DNA of 64,000 bases from Eledone cirrhosa (Eukaryota), in contig OZ024746.1 of assembly GCA_964016885.1 (NCBI GenBank), positions 21,948,001 to 22,012,000 on the forward strand. Reading direction: 5' to 3'. This document shows, one piece after another, positions 52,438 through 64,000 of the stretch. Numbering within the stretch: the stretch's first letter is position 1; each line of letters starts with the position of its first letter. A model generated the notes under the pieces. That model had not been told where the DNA came from, searched no databases, and worked only from the letters and a program-made list of their open reading frames with translations. The position numbers and the translations under genes are program-made.

Positions 52438-52903
52438 TAAGGCTCTTTCTTTCTCCTTATGACACCTTCAGCTCAATAGGTTTGGTCTGCATTTCCTTTT
52501 TATCCTTATATGAAGTTGTTCTAAGTTCAAGTTCAAACAATAAAATCCCACCATCATTATTTAATGTGGGTTCTTCCTGTACAAAATTTAAAATATCTAT
52601 GTAGGTGTAAATCTAGTCATTTTTTTATCACAGAATTAGCAAATGTATTTTTTGTTTTTATGTTTCACCTGTGAAGGCATTTCCATTTTATTATTGCTAA
52701 TAAGTTTGACATAACTGTGGTTATAGAGCAAATAATTACTCATTCTCTATGTATTCACATGTGAAAGAAAGTGAAGTAACAACATTTTTTGTATTTACTA
52801 CTTTCTACACAGTCTTTTGTTTAACCTGTCTGTCTCTGCTGGCAACTTTCTTTTTGTAGGAAAATTACACATGCATCCAATGGCATGCTGAAGGAAGGTA
52901 ATA

Positions 52904-52981
<78 letters not shown>

Positions 52982-53583
52982 ACATACATAAACATATATA
53001 TACACACACATAAACATGTATATATACATATATATATATACATACACACACACACACACACACACACATACACATATATATATATAGACACCTACTCCAT
53101 TCATTTATAATGCTGAGCAAAAAAAACCCAGAAAAATATAAAAAAGGTGTACCTAGAAAGACCTACCCACTGTCCAGTGGCATGTTAAAGGAAAATGTTC
53201 TTATTCAACTTATTCAACCATTACAAGCTCCAGCCATTGGTTGGAAGAAACTTGTATTATGTTATAAACTTCTATACCTATAGCCATACCTACCACCTGG
53301 TTTGACAAGAAGTAGTAATATAGTAAACAACATAGATTAGGTCATATCAAAGTTGACTGGGGCAGACTGACTCAAGAGATCAGAATATGCAGTGGGACAG
53401 AAGGGGTTTATTTCTCTCTCTTTAACCACATTAGGAGCCAGCCAACCAACTCTACACAGGGTTTAGTTAAACCTCAGACCAAACCAATCAACTAGATTGA
53501 ATATTAATCTGACTGATTAAATCTTATCCGGGAGCTTATCTTATCCAAGTAAGCCATCAATTCCTTCTTGTATAGTTTGTATA

Positions 53584-53775
53584 TAAGGGTCAGTTGAAAA
53601 GTTCATAGGCTGACCAAGATACTCTCATGGAATGACCAAATGAGGTTTATTTTTCAACATAGTCCCTGCTGTTATTAACAAGAAGAATTGAAATTTGAAA
53701 TTAATGCGTGCAAGATTTCGCAGCTCTAGCATCACTCCCTCATAGCCAGCCTATGAACTTTTCAGACGACCCTCG
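53584..53775. mobile_element. Tc1/mariner-like MITE
   Basis: TA|TAAGGGTCAGTTGAAAAGTTCATAGGCTG ... CAGCCTATGAACTTTTCAGACGACCCTCG|TA. Confidence 0.82.
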
Positions 53776-54069
53776 TATTAGGTCATTTTTGATATTTGAA
53801 TTGTATTCATTTTATTTTCATTTTTTCTTCTTCTTCATCCTCATCATCACCACCATCACCACCATCACCATCATCAACAACATCATCCCCTTCCTCCACC
53901 CTCTCTTTATTTTCTTCTCTTAAACTCTTTCTGCTTCAATACAGTTAAAGAATTTTGGGGGTCTTTCATACTCACTGATACTATCAACCGCGGCTAATCC
54001 TTTTGCTACGTCTCCCCCTCCTCCTTTTCTTATCAATAAATTATTACATCTAAACAGCAAAGCTCTCTA

Positions 54070-54490
54070 TAGCAACAACATCATCAACAATGATATCAAC
54101 AATGACACCACCACTACCACAAGCATCACCACCACCACCACCACCACAAGCATCACCACCACCACCACCACCACAAGCATCACCACCACCACCACAAGCA
54201 TCACCACCACCACCACCACCACCACCACCACAACAACAAGCACCTCGAGCATCACCACTGCTGTCCCCACCAACACCGCCATTCCCACTATCATCACCAT
54301 CACCACAAGCACCACAATAAGCATCATCACTGCTGTCACTACCACCATCACCACCCCCACCCCCACCACAACAACAACAACATCACTGCCGTCACCCCTA
54401 CAATCACTACCACCACTGCCATCATCACCACAAGCACCACAAGAAGCACCACCACTGCGGTCAACACAGCTGTCACCATCACCACTGTTA
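54070..54490. repeat. (CAC)n-rich low-complexity repeat
   Basis: Repeated CACAAGCATCACCACCACC units. Confidence 0.85.
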
Positions 54491-54714
54491 TTAGTTTTAG
54501 TTAAGTCCCTATATTTAGTGGGATGGTATCATTGTTGTTGTTTATCCAGCCCAAACAATCTCTTACTACTAACTTTTGTGTTTGTTCCCCTTATACCCAG
54601 CCACCTCCCAACAACTTCCTCGCAGTGCAATCAATGAACAATGATCTAAGAGAGCTATTTAATTCTATAATCACACGACTAGGTCCACACGCACACATTG
54701 GTGAATATTGAGTT

Positions 54715-55440
54715 TAACTCTTAACCTCCTGTACCACATGAAACCACATTAGCAAGACATTCTTTTAAAGTAAAAAACAACACTATGACCACATCACATT
54801 AAAAACTGAAGGTCTTAGATTAGTTTACTACAAATTTTTACAATAATCTGTTCATTAATGCAAGGAAGGAGTCCATCTACAAGATCTCAGACCTCATTCA
54901 CTTACCGAGTTGGGTGGAGCTCATCAAATCAGATGAAGGAAACAGTCTTTCCAATGCTGATACTATCTAGCAGTTACAACTCTTGGTAGAAGGAGCAGCA
55001 TGAAATAATGTGTCTTGCTCAAGGAGATTATGCATAACCAGGTCTGGGAATCAAACTCACAATCTCATGATTGTAATCCAATTCTCTAACTACTAAGCCA
55101 CGTGCCTTCACTAGTAAAGATACTATAAACATTTGAATTAAAACACCTACAAAACCACATTAATAAAGCTGTCTTGAAAAGTACAAAATATCACTATGAC
55201 TACATCACATTAAAAAGTAAAATCTTTACTTTAGTTTACTGCAAATGTTTACAGTAATCTGTCCACTAGTAAAGATACTAGAAACATTTGAACTAACAAA
55301 CCACATGAATCTACATTAGCAAAGTAGTCTTGAAAAGTACAAAATATTACTATGACTACATCAAATTAAATAGTAAAATTTCTACTTTAGTTTACTCTAA
55401 ATTTTCATCATAATCTGTCTACTAGTAAAGCTACTATAAA
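54715..55440. repeat. Diverged ~155-bp repeat units interrupted by a SINE fragment
   Basis: CCACATTA..CTTGAAAAGTACAAAA..ACTATGACTACATCACATTA at ~54745, 55155 and 55312; also ~45525 and 45670. Confidence 0.6.
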
Positions 55441-56867
55441 CAAAATTTGAATAAAAAAACCTGTTTTAAGATATTTTGAAAATTATTGTGTACAGTGCTC
55501 AGGTGCACTACTAAATCATAACAGGATGTTCAAAGTCAAACAAACAACAACTCAATATTTACTTATAAAAAATATAGAAATAAGACAGAAAAATATGTCT
55601 GTCTGTCTGTAATAACAAACTTCCAGGTAAATTTCTCCCCATTCCTTTTTTTTTCCATTTTATTTACATTTTCCTGTTTACAACCACCCCAACTACCTAC
55701 ATCACTATCTCTACTACTATAATCTGTTCTCAACATAACCCCCCCCCCCCCCACACACACACACAGACTACCATCACCACCACAACCCACACACATACCA
55801 CCACCACCACAAACACACCACCATACCCCCTCCTCACACAAACACACCACCACAAACACAACCATACCCCCCTATGCACAAACATGACAACCACCACTAT
55901 ACCCTCTCCACTACAACCACTACATCCTCTTCACCACCACCATACTCCCCCTACACACAAATACCACCACAACTATACCTCCACCACCACCACCACCACC
56001 AGTTGCTCTTACTCATCAAATTCTGATCCTTCTGAAAAGTAAACAAGTTTTTTTTGGAGTTGATTCAAAGATAGAAAACTAACAGTAAACCCTTATCAAA
56101 TATTGATCTTTGAAATCAATAAATAAATTCCCCAAATATTTTCTTTTACTTCTATCTTTCTTGACAACCATTGAAGAGACATCTATGACTAGAAATAGCA
56201 GCCAAATCCTCCTTCATATTCCTGTCAGATGATGATGAATCCCCTGAGGGTTCAGTTGTTGAATCATGAATTAACATGTAAAAGGCTGAGTATCCCACAG
56301 ATATTCCACCTTATGAATCGATATGACACAATATAGGACAAAGCTGGGCTTTTGAATTATAGGTACAATCTATTAGATGGGCTTCCACAAAGTTTCTGTC
56401 TATATAATTTTACTCATAAGGCTTAGGTCGACTCAAGGTTTATATAGTAAAGACACTTGTCAGAGAAGCCATATAGTGGGACTGAACCTGGTATCTCACG
56501 ATTGCCATGTAAACTTCTTAACCAATCAGCTATGTCTATATCCACAACTTACTGTCTTTAAAAAGGGGAAAACACATTAGTTAATTATCACCCCCATATA
56601 TGTCAACTTATGCATGTTAGCATGGGCTGGACAAGACTTTCCGAGGCAATGTTTTACAGTTAAAATAATTTTATGCAAGAATCTTTTTAAAGTTATTTTT
56701 CTAAACACCAACTTAATGAGAAAGTTAGTTATATAATAATATGTGATTATTTTCAAAACTAATTTAAAACCATAGGCACTGTCATTCATTAGAAATATGG
56801 ATGGAAGCATTGTTGCAAATAGCTAAATTAATTTTCTGTTGAGTTATAAAAACAAAAAAAGTTTTAA

Positions 56868-57200
56868 CCCTTTAGCATTTACATTACTCTATATATACTA
56901 TTGTATTTTCATGGTAAAGGCTTTATCTCACATAATATCAAATCTATGAACTGTTGATATTATTTATTTTCTGAGTTCAAATCTTGCCGAGGTTCACTTT
57001 GCCTTTCATCCTTACGGGGTTGATAAAATAAAGTACCAGTAATGCACTGGGTAATTGCTGGCCTTGTGCCTAAAGTAGAAACAATTATTTATTTTGAGAA
57101 CAATACCTTAACATTAGTATAAGTGGCTAGTAATGGCTGGTTTGAACAGAAAGAGGTGAGAGATTTCTGGCTGGATACAGCCGGTTTAAATGCTAAAGGG
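56868..57200. mobile_element. piggyBac-like MITE with a nested 5'-truncated family B SINE (56971-57083)
   Basis: TTAA|CCCTTTAGCATTTA ... TAAATGCTAAAGGG|TTAA. The SINE is flanked by a 12-bp TSD ATTATTTATTTT. Confidence 0.88.
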
Positions 57201-57610
57201 TTAAAGAATATTTTTTTTAAATAACTACCATATTTTATTGCTTAAACATATACAATGAATATGCAGGTAAAAAAAACAGGGTCTTTCTTTGCCATATTTC
57301 TAATAAAATACATTGTATTTGAAAACAAAATTTGATTTTGCTCTAACATGGAGGATACCTAAATGTATTCATGAGAGAATAATTATAACATTATAGGCTA
57401 ATCAGACAATGTATACCTTTGAGAATACTATGTATTCTCAGCAGTAACAGCAGGTAGCAGTGATGAGAGGATATATAGTCTTGATAAGGGGCAATAACTC
57501 TGAAACAATTGTCGACTATTTTCTCTCTGCTACCTCTGGAACAAAAGGATGACGTCAGTCATCTAGAAAACACACATGGTGTTATGAGGCTGTTTGCGTG
57601 CAAACAAACT

Positions 57611-58695
57611 GAATAATAATAATATTGATTTCTTTATTAGCCACAAGGGCGCAACAAGAAAGGGGACAATACAAAGACATGCCGGGGATTTTACATACAG
57701 TCGTGTAAAAAATATAAAAACAAACAATTTCAACAATCGAAATCCCCAATAGGGGGGAGGCGCCACAAATGGGTTGTTTAATACCCCGTCGATAGAACAA
57801 CCCTCAACTCAAGGAGCGTGTTGTGCAAGTGCTCCTTTCTTCCCTTTGCTCTCTTCCTCAACCTACAGGCTTATAAACAGAGAAGGCCCAATCACTCGGG
57901 CCATTTTCGCTTCATTCACCCACCTTTCAGTAAATTTACTGGGGTGCAGTGCCTCTCTCTCCACCCTGATTCTCCTTCTAAAGTGATACTTAAAGAATGG
58001 AATCAATTGTTGTCCGGAGAGAAAGGCATCTGTCCTCAGTCCTCTCAACCTCGTCCACCATATAACTTCTTTCACCATAGCCACCGTACAGAGGAAAACC
58101 GCCTCTCTTTCGTTTTTGAAAGAGTCTGGCGGTTTGATCCTTACTATGGATTCGGCAGTCAACTGTATTTGTCCCATACGCGACAGCAGTTGTTCTGCAT
58201 AGTTCCACAGGTCGCTTACGCCCGGGCAGTGTACAATTGCGTGCAGAACTGTTTCAATGTCCTGCGCACATCTTGGACACGTCCTCTTGGAAGGATCCCT
58301 GCCAGGGCGTCCGTGCCTGTAGATCTTGTCACGAACCGGTAGAGCTCCTCGGTAGCACTGCCAGGCCAGGGACCTCTGGAAGTTGTCCATAGGTCCCGGG
58401 CGGAAAGTCCTACCAAACATACTGGTGAGCTCATCGTCTTCGACGCCCAGAGTCTCTCCGAGCACGTCGTCGCCCTTGTAACGTACAATCCCTCTATAGA
58501 ATGTCGAAGTGGAGTATCCACTGATTGCTGCGCCCGCTTGCCAGAGGACTGTGAGCACCTGAGCGCATTCAATGTGCCAGGCGCCCATCGTTTTCGGTCT
58601 TTTCTTCACCCAGGACTGCAGCTCCGTTAGCGAGACGAGCTGTGGGAAAGCCTGTCTCACAAACGGTGCCCACACCGGTTGGGGGTCGGTGAGGT
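57611..58695 (-). mobile_element. 5'-truncated Tx1/L1-group LINE; ORF2 C-terminus 57863-58675 is uninterrupted
   Basis: zf-RVT-type motif AWQCYRGALPV...CPRC..DIETVLHAIVHCP..W; GC-rich; 3'UTR ends AATAAAGAAATC then (ATT)n. Confidence 0.88.
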
Positions 58696-60021
58696 AATAA
58701 TATTATTATAATATTATTATTATTCATTCACGAATTAATAAAAATTGTGTATTTATTTCCCTTACACCCAGCCACCTCGCCAAAACTTCCTCACAGAGCA
58801 ATTACTAACATTATTAATTATTAAATTATTAAGATAGTATTGGTAATATAATCTAACAAAAGATTTTCATATCAAATTATGTTGAAAGATTTTAAATTAA
58901 ATAGGAACATTTTACAATGTATGGTTCTATTTCATAGCATCTGGGCAAGGTTTTTAGACAGATTGGTATCAAATAAGTTAAAGTAAAAAAAAAAAAGTGT
59001 GTGTAAGTATGTGTGTGTGATCAGCGAATTATTTTGTAGTCTGTAAAAAAATTGATGTCACTTAAGGTTCTGTGAGCTATTTAAATGTATAGGTATTTAA
59101 GCCATGAATGCAGAATATAGGTCAAATAATGTGTGTACATTATGTATTGTCCATGTGTGTATGTTTGTCTGTATATATGTGTGCCCATGTGTGTGCATCT
59201 GTGTATGTGTTAGTGTGTATTGCATGTGTGTGTTTTTGTATATGTATGTGCTTATATGTGTGTGTGTGTGGTCCTTTTTCCTAAGTATGTCATACTCAAT
59301 GTAGATTATTACATTGGTGAAAAATATAAGCTATGAGTTAACAATAAGCTACAAAACAAATGGCATACAACCATTGAATATCTTCCAAGCAACACACTGG
59401 TAGCCATTTTGATTGTTACACATTATATTAAGAATAGTGACATGACTAACAATCAACATCAACAAAGATTATAAAGAGGACAACTCTAGGTCTTCATTTC
59501 TCAACTGGTGTACCCCTGCCCCTGAACCCTAGGGTTCTGCAAGAGGTCACTAGGAGTTCCTCAAGAAACAGTGATAAATAAACTAATGCATTTTTGAGTA
59601 ATTTTTGTTTAATTTTATATTAGTAATTTTACTATACATGTACAGCATATGTTATAACATGTACAGCATATGTTATACGTAAGTGATATTGATTATTTAT
59701 GTTTATTTGTGTGTGTGTGTGTATAGGCAATACAAATATTGTCATGACAATAAGCACCCAATCCACTCTGTAAAGTTGTCATGTAGGTGTCACGATAAAA
59801 AAGCACCCAGTCCACACTGTAAAGTGGTCCTGTAGGTATCATGACAATAAGCACCCAGTCCACACTATAAATGTGATTGGCATTAGGAAGGACATCCAGC
59901 TATAGAAAACAAGCCAAAATAGGTTTCATGTATGCGAATCAAAGTCCTCTGACTTGATCTCTCACAAGTGGACTGCCCATCCTACCCATGCTAGTGGGGG
60001 AAAATCGACGTTAAATGATAT

Positions 60022-60936
<915 letters not shown>

Positions 60937-60946
60937 CCATGTGCTT

Positions 60947-60988
<42 letters not shown>

Positions 60989-61236
60989 CAATTAAGTCAA
61001 AGATGTACATCCATATATGTATACTGAAATACTAGTATGTATATGAATACACACACGTATACATATGTAGATGTACCAAGTTTTTTTTCACTGATCACTT
61101 TACTGTGAGTGGCCAGCTATTCTGTATGTAAACACACAGACAAACCGGTTTTTAGAGTCATACTTAATTGTTTGAGCGTCAGTCATACAAAAGTGAGTTA
61201 CAAACGAAACGAAATTTAATTTCGTTTCGTTATTTG

Positions 61237-61281
<45 letters not shown>

Positions 61282-61543
61282 GCATGAATATTTATTATAT
61301 GATGGGCTGCTGCTGTTTCTGTCTATCAAAATCTGCAGTGAGACTGAACCCAGAATCACATGGGTGTAAAACGAAATCCTTAACCACCACTCAGCCATAT
61401 ATGGGCTTATATTTACTTATTTATTTTCATATAAAGAGTGGTGAGCTCATGCATGGAGATGTTATAAAATGAGATGAAACCCTTAAATAAGATGGAAAAA
61501 GAAGTTGTCAGTGGCCAATAGCAACTTCTTTTTCTGTCTTTAA

Positions 61544-61750
61544 CCCTTTAGCATTTAAACTGACCATATCCGGCCAGAATTCTCTCACCTTTTTCTGTTC
61601 GAACCAGCTATAACTGGCCGCTCATACTTATGTTAAGGTATTGTTCTCAAATTAAATAATATGAAAATCTCATAGATTCGATATTATGTGAGATAATTCT
61701 GTGAGGTAAAACCTTTACCATGAAAATATACTAGTATATATAGAGTAATG
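61544..61750. mobile_element. piggyBac-like MITE, one end lost
   Basis: TTAA|CCCTTTAGCATTTAAAC, colinear with 29195-29400; another fragment at ~43817-43895. Confidence 0.75.
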
Positions 61751-61940
61751 TCATTTTATAAGCTATTTTATAACAGCTCCATAAGCACACCACTCTTTAT
61801 ATTAACTTTATCCTCCCAGTGTTTTGTAATAGTCTGAGAGGTCAGTTACATATACACAATGTTTCTTTATTCATTTTGTTTATTATTTTATATTTTCTTT
61901 ATTACCAATAAATCTGAATATTGATTTCATTGTTTACCAG

Positions 61941-62019
61941 GTTCTTTCGAAATTGATTGAAGGTTCTGAAAATAACAGTCCTGAATGGATTAATTACAAT
62001 ACAGAAAAGGAAGATGAAG
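61941..62019 (+). CDS. Probable internal coding exon (VLSKLIEGSENNSPEWINYNTEKEDE+G)
   Basis: Acceptor TTTCATTGTTTACCAG|G and donor AAG|GTAAGG. Only the phase-0 frame is open, matching the 8853-9059 exon. Confidence 0.6.
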
Positions 62020-62889
62020 GTAAGGACTTCAAAGACTTTAACTTTTTAAGATCACTAGGCTGATATATCAACCGAACACGCTTTTCGCAAGAATCTTTTC
62101 CCCATAAGATAAGATAAGAACAGAACTGAAATTTTTTTTTAAATTATGACATTCTTTAAAAGACTGCATTAAACAGTCGAAACTGATAAAAATATTTGTC
62201 AAAGCTCAACCAAACGATGAACCAAACAAAAATATTTGTATTGTCTGATAAAAAAAAAGGATAATTTTAAAATACATTCTGTGCATTCCCACCTTTATTT
62301 TCTTCCTATAATTTTTGATTTATATGGAATTTTACCCCTAATTTTAACTACCCCCACTTCTCTCTCTATATACAATATATATATAGATACACACACACAT
62401 ACATATATATAAATATCATCATCATCATCGCTTAACGTCCATTTTCCATGCTAGATGAGTTGTCTCATTAGAGGCAAGTTCGGTCAGGTGACCATGTCTT
62501 GTTCATCCAGGACTGTTTCTGGCTAGATTCCTATGGCTGGATGCCTTTCCTAATACCAACCACATTTACAGAGTGGGCTGGATGCTTTTAGTTGTGACAC
62601 CTACACAACCACTTTACAATGTGGGCTGCATGATTTTGTGATACCAACATAACTTTACAGTGTAAGGTAAAGACATTTCTAGGTGCATTTGTGACTGAAG
62701 GGGGTCTTACCCTTTACCTTTATATATATATATATTTCTTTGTTTTTTTTTTAAAATGTTCTACCATTTTCTATGGAAAAGTATGTGTATTTTTTATTTC
62801 CAAAGTGTTAAAGATAATAATTTTAAAATAAATAATAATTATAATTTCTTTATTGGCTACCTGGATATTATTTCAATAAAAATGTTTCC

Positions 62890-63290
62890 AGTATGAATCC
62901 TTATGGAAAGGATATGGAAGTCAGATCTACCCAGAAAATTCAAAATATCATTCTTCAGAACATTTGTTGGGTCAGTGTTGCATGGATCAGGTACATGGAC
63001 CCTGACACAAACACTTGAGTCTGTGTTGTTGTATGAATCAAATACATGGAACCTGACACAATCACTTGAGAAGATACTAGATGGTGTATACACTAAAATG
63101 CTTAGGGTTGTACAGAACATAAACTGGCATCAGCTTATTACAAACAAAAGTTTATACAGAAACTTGCGCAAGATAACAACTACAATTGCTGAAAGAGTTA
63201 TGATTCGCAAGACATTGCTGAAAAAGTAAGCAAGAAGTTACTATTGTGGGAACCAACTCAGGGGCGATGTAGGTTGAGGTGTACCTATAT
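62890..63290 (+). pseudogene. RTE-group LINE C-terminal fragment with a ~50-bp internal duplication
   Basis: RIWKS.L...KI.FFR..V.SVL.GS.TW.LT, repeated as ESVLLYESNTWNLT, then LDG.YTKMLR. Confidence 0.75.
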
Positions 63291-63724
63291 AAACCTAAGT
63301 TATACTATATTGTCAAATAATTCCAAATATAAAAAAAATGGATATTATTTTTAATAGTAGACTTTATAAGTGTTTACATTTTTTATCAACTTAGATATAC
63401 TCCCAAAACACACTGAAAAAGTCGTCATATCTTTGACACAGCTTTAGAATCCACCCAACTCATTGTTTGATAGGTTTTCTATAGCTAGATGCCCTTCCTA
63501 TTACTGACCACTTTACAGAGTGTACTTGGTGTACTGAATCATGTACATCACCAGCATGTAACAGTAAAAATATGTAAAACTGTTCTCACATTGAACATGC
63601 AACTCTTCACTGTTGTTATCTCAATTTCAGCAATGGGGCTTTGTTGCTTTCTTAGAAACAATCTCATTCTTTATTGGAAGAATTCAAATAAAGAAAAAAA
63701 TCAAGATAACATGCACGCATACAT

Positions 63725-63902
63725 ACACTCCCTATCTCTCTTTCTCAGACACACACACACACACTCCCTATCTCTGTCTATCTCTCTTTCTCAGACACAC
63801 ACTCCCTATCTCTCTTTCTATCTCTCTCTCTCACACACACACACACTCCCTATCTCTGTCTATCTCTCTTTCTCAGACACACACTCCCTATCTCTCTTTC
63901 TA

Positions 63903-63934
<32 letters not shown>

Positions 63935-64000
63935 TCCCTATCTCGGTCTATCTCTCTTTCTCTCACACACACACACACACACACTCCCTAACTCTGTCTC
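63725..64000. repeat. Compound (CA)n-CTCCCTATCTCT minisatellite running off the window
   Basis: About 7 visible units. Confidence 0.9.

Noticed and set aside
52860-52897. 38-nt micro-exon (TTTTTGTAG|...AAG|GTAATA)
   Set aside because: Splice signals are plausible, but it would break the frame between the two phase-0 exons. It cannot be supported without RNA data.
54090-54320. Formin/extensin-like polyproline exon
   Set aside because: (CAC)n-derived repeat without convincing splice sites.

Overview
AT-rich, repeat-saturated animal DNA. The SINE and LINE repertoire suggests an octopus or other coleoid cephalopod (inference). Most of the window looks like one ~53-kb intron between a coding first exon (8853-9059) and a phase-compatible internal exon (61941-62019) of an unidentified + strand gene. 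Nearly all long ORFs in the track come from tandem repeats (18, 39, 47 and 90 bp units) or microsatellites. Real elements include RTE LINE copies, a Tx1/L1-like 3' end, CR1-like tails, two tRNA-derived SINE families, and hAT-, mariner- and piggyBac-like MITEs. There is also a 5'-truncated Penelope-like element (PLE) with a GIY-YIG endonuclease and 400-bp inverted repeats. The most striking signal is about nine hammerhead-ribozyme (HHR) motifs from several unrelated sequence families, some with covarying stems. Several sit in short fold-back elements embedded in (TA)n tracts, and their inversion points fall in or next to the ribozyme core. All calls were made by eye; coordinates of degenerate repeats are approximate.
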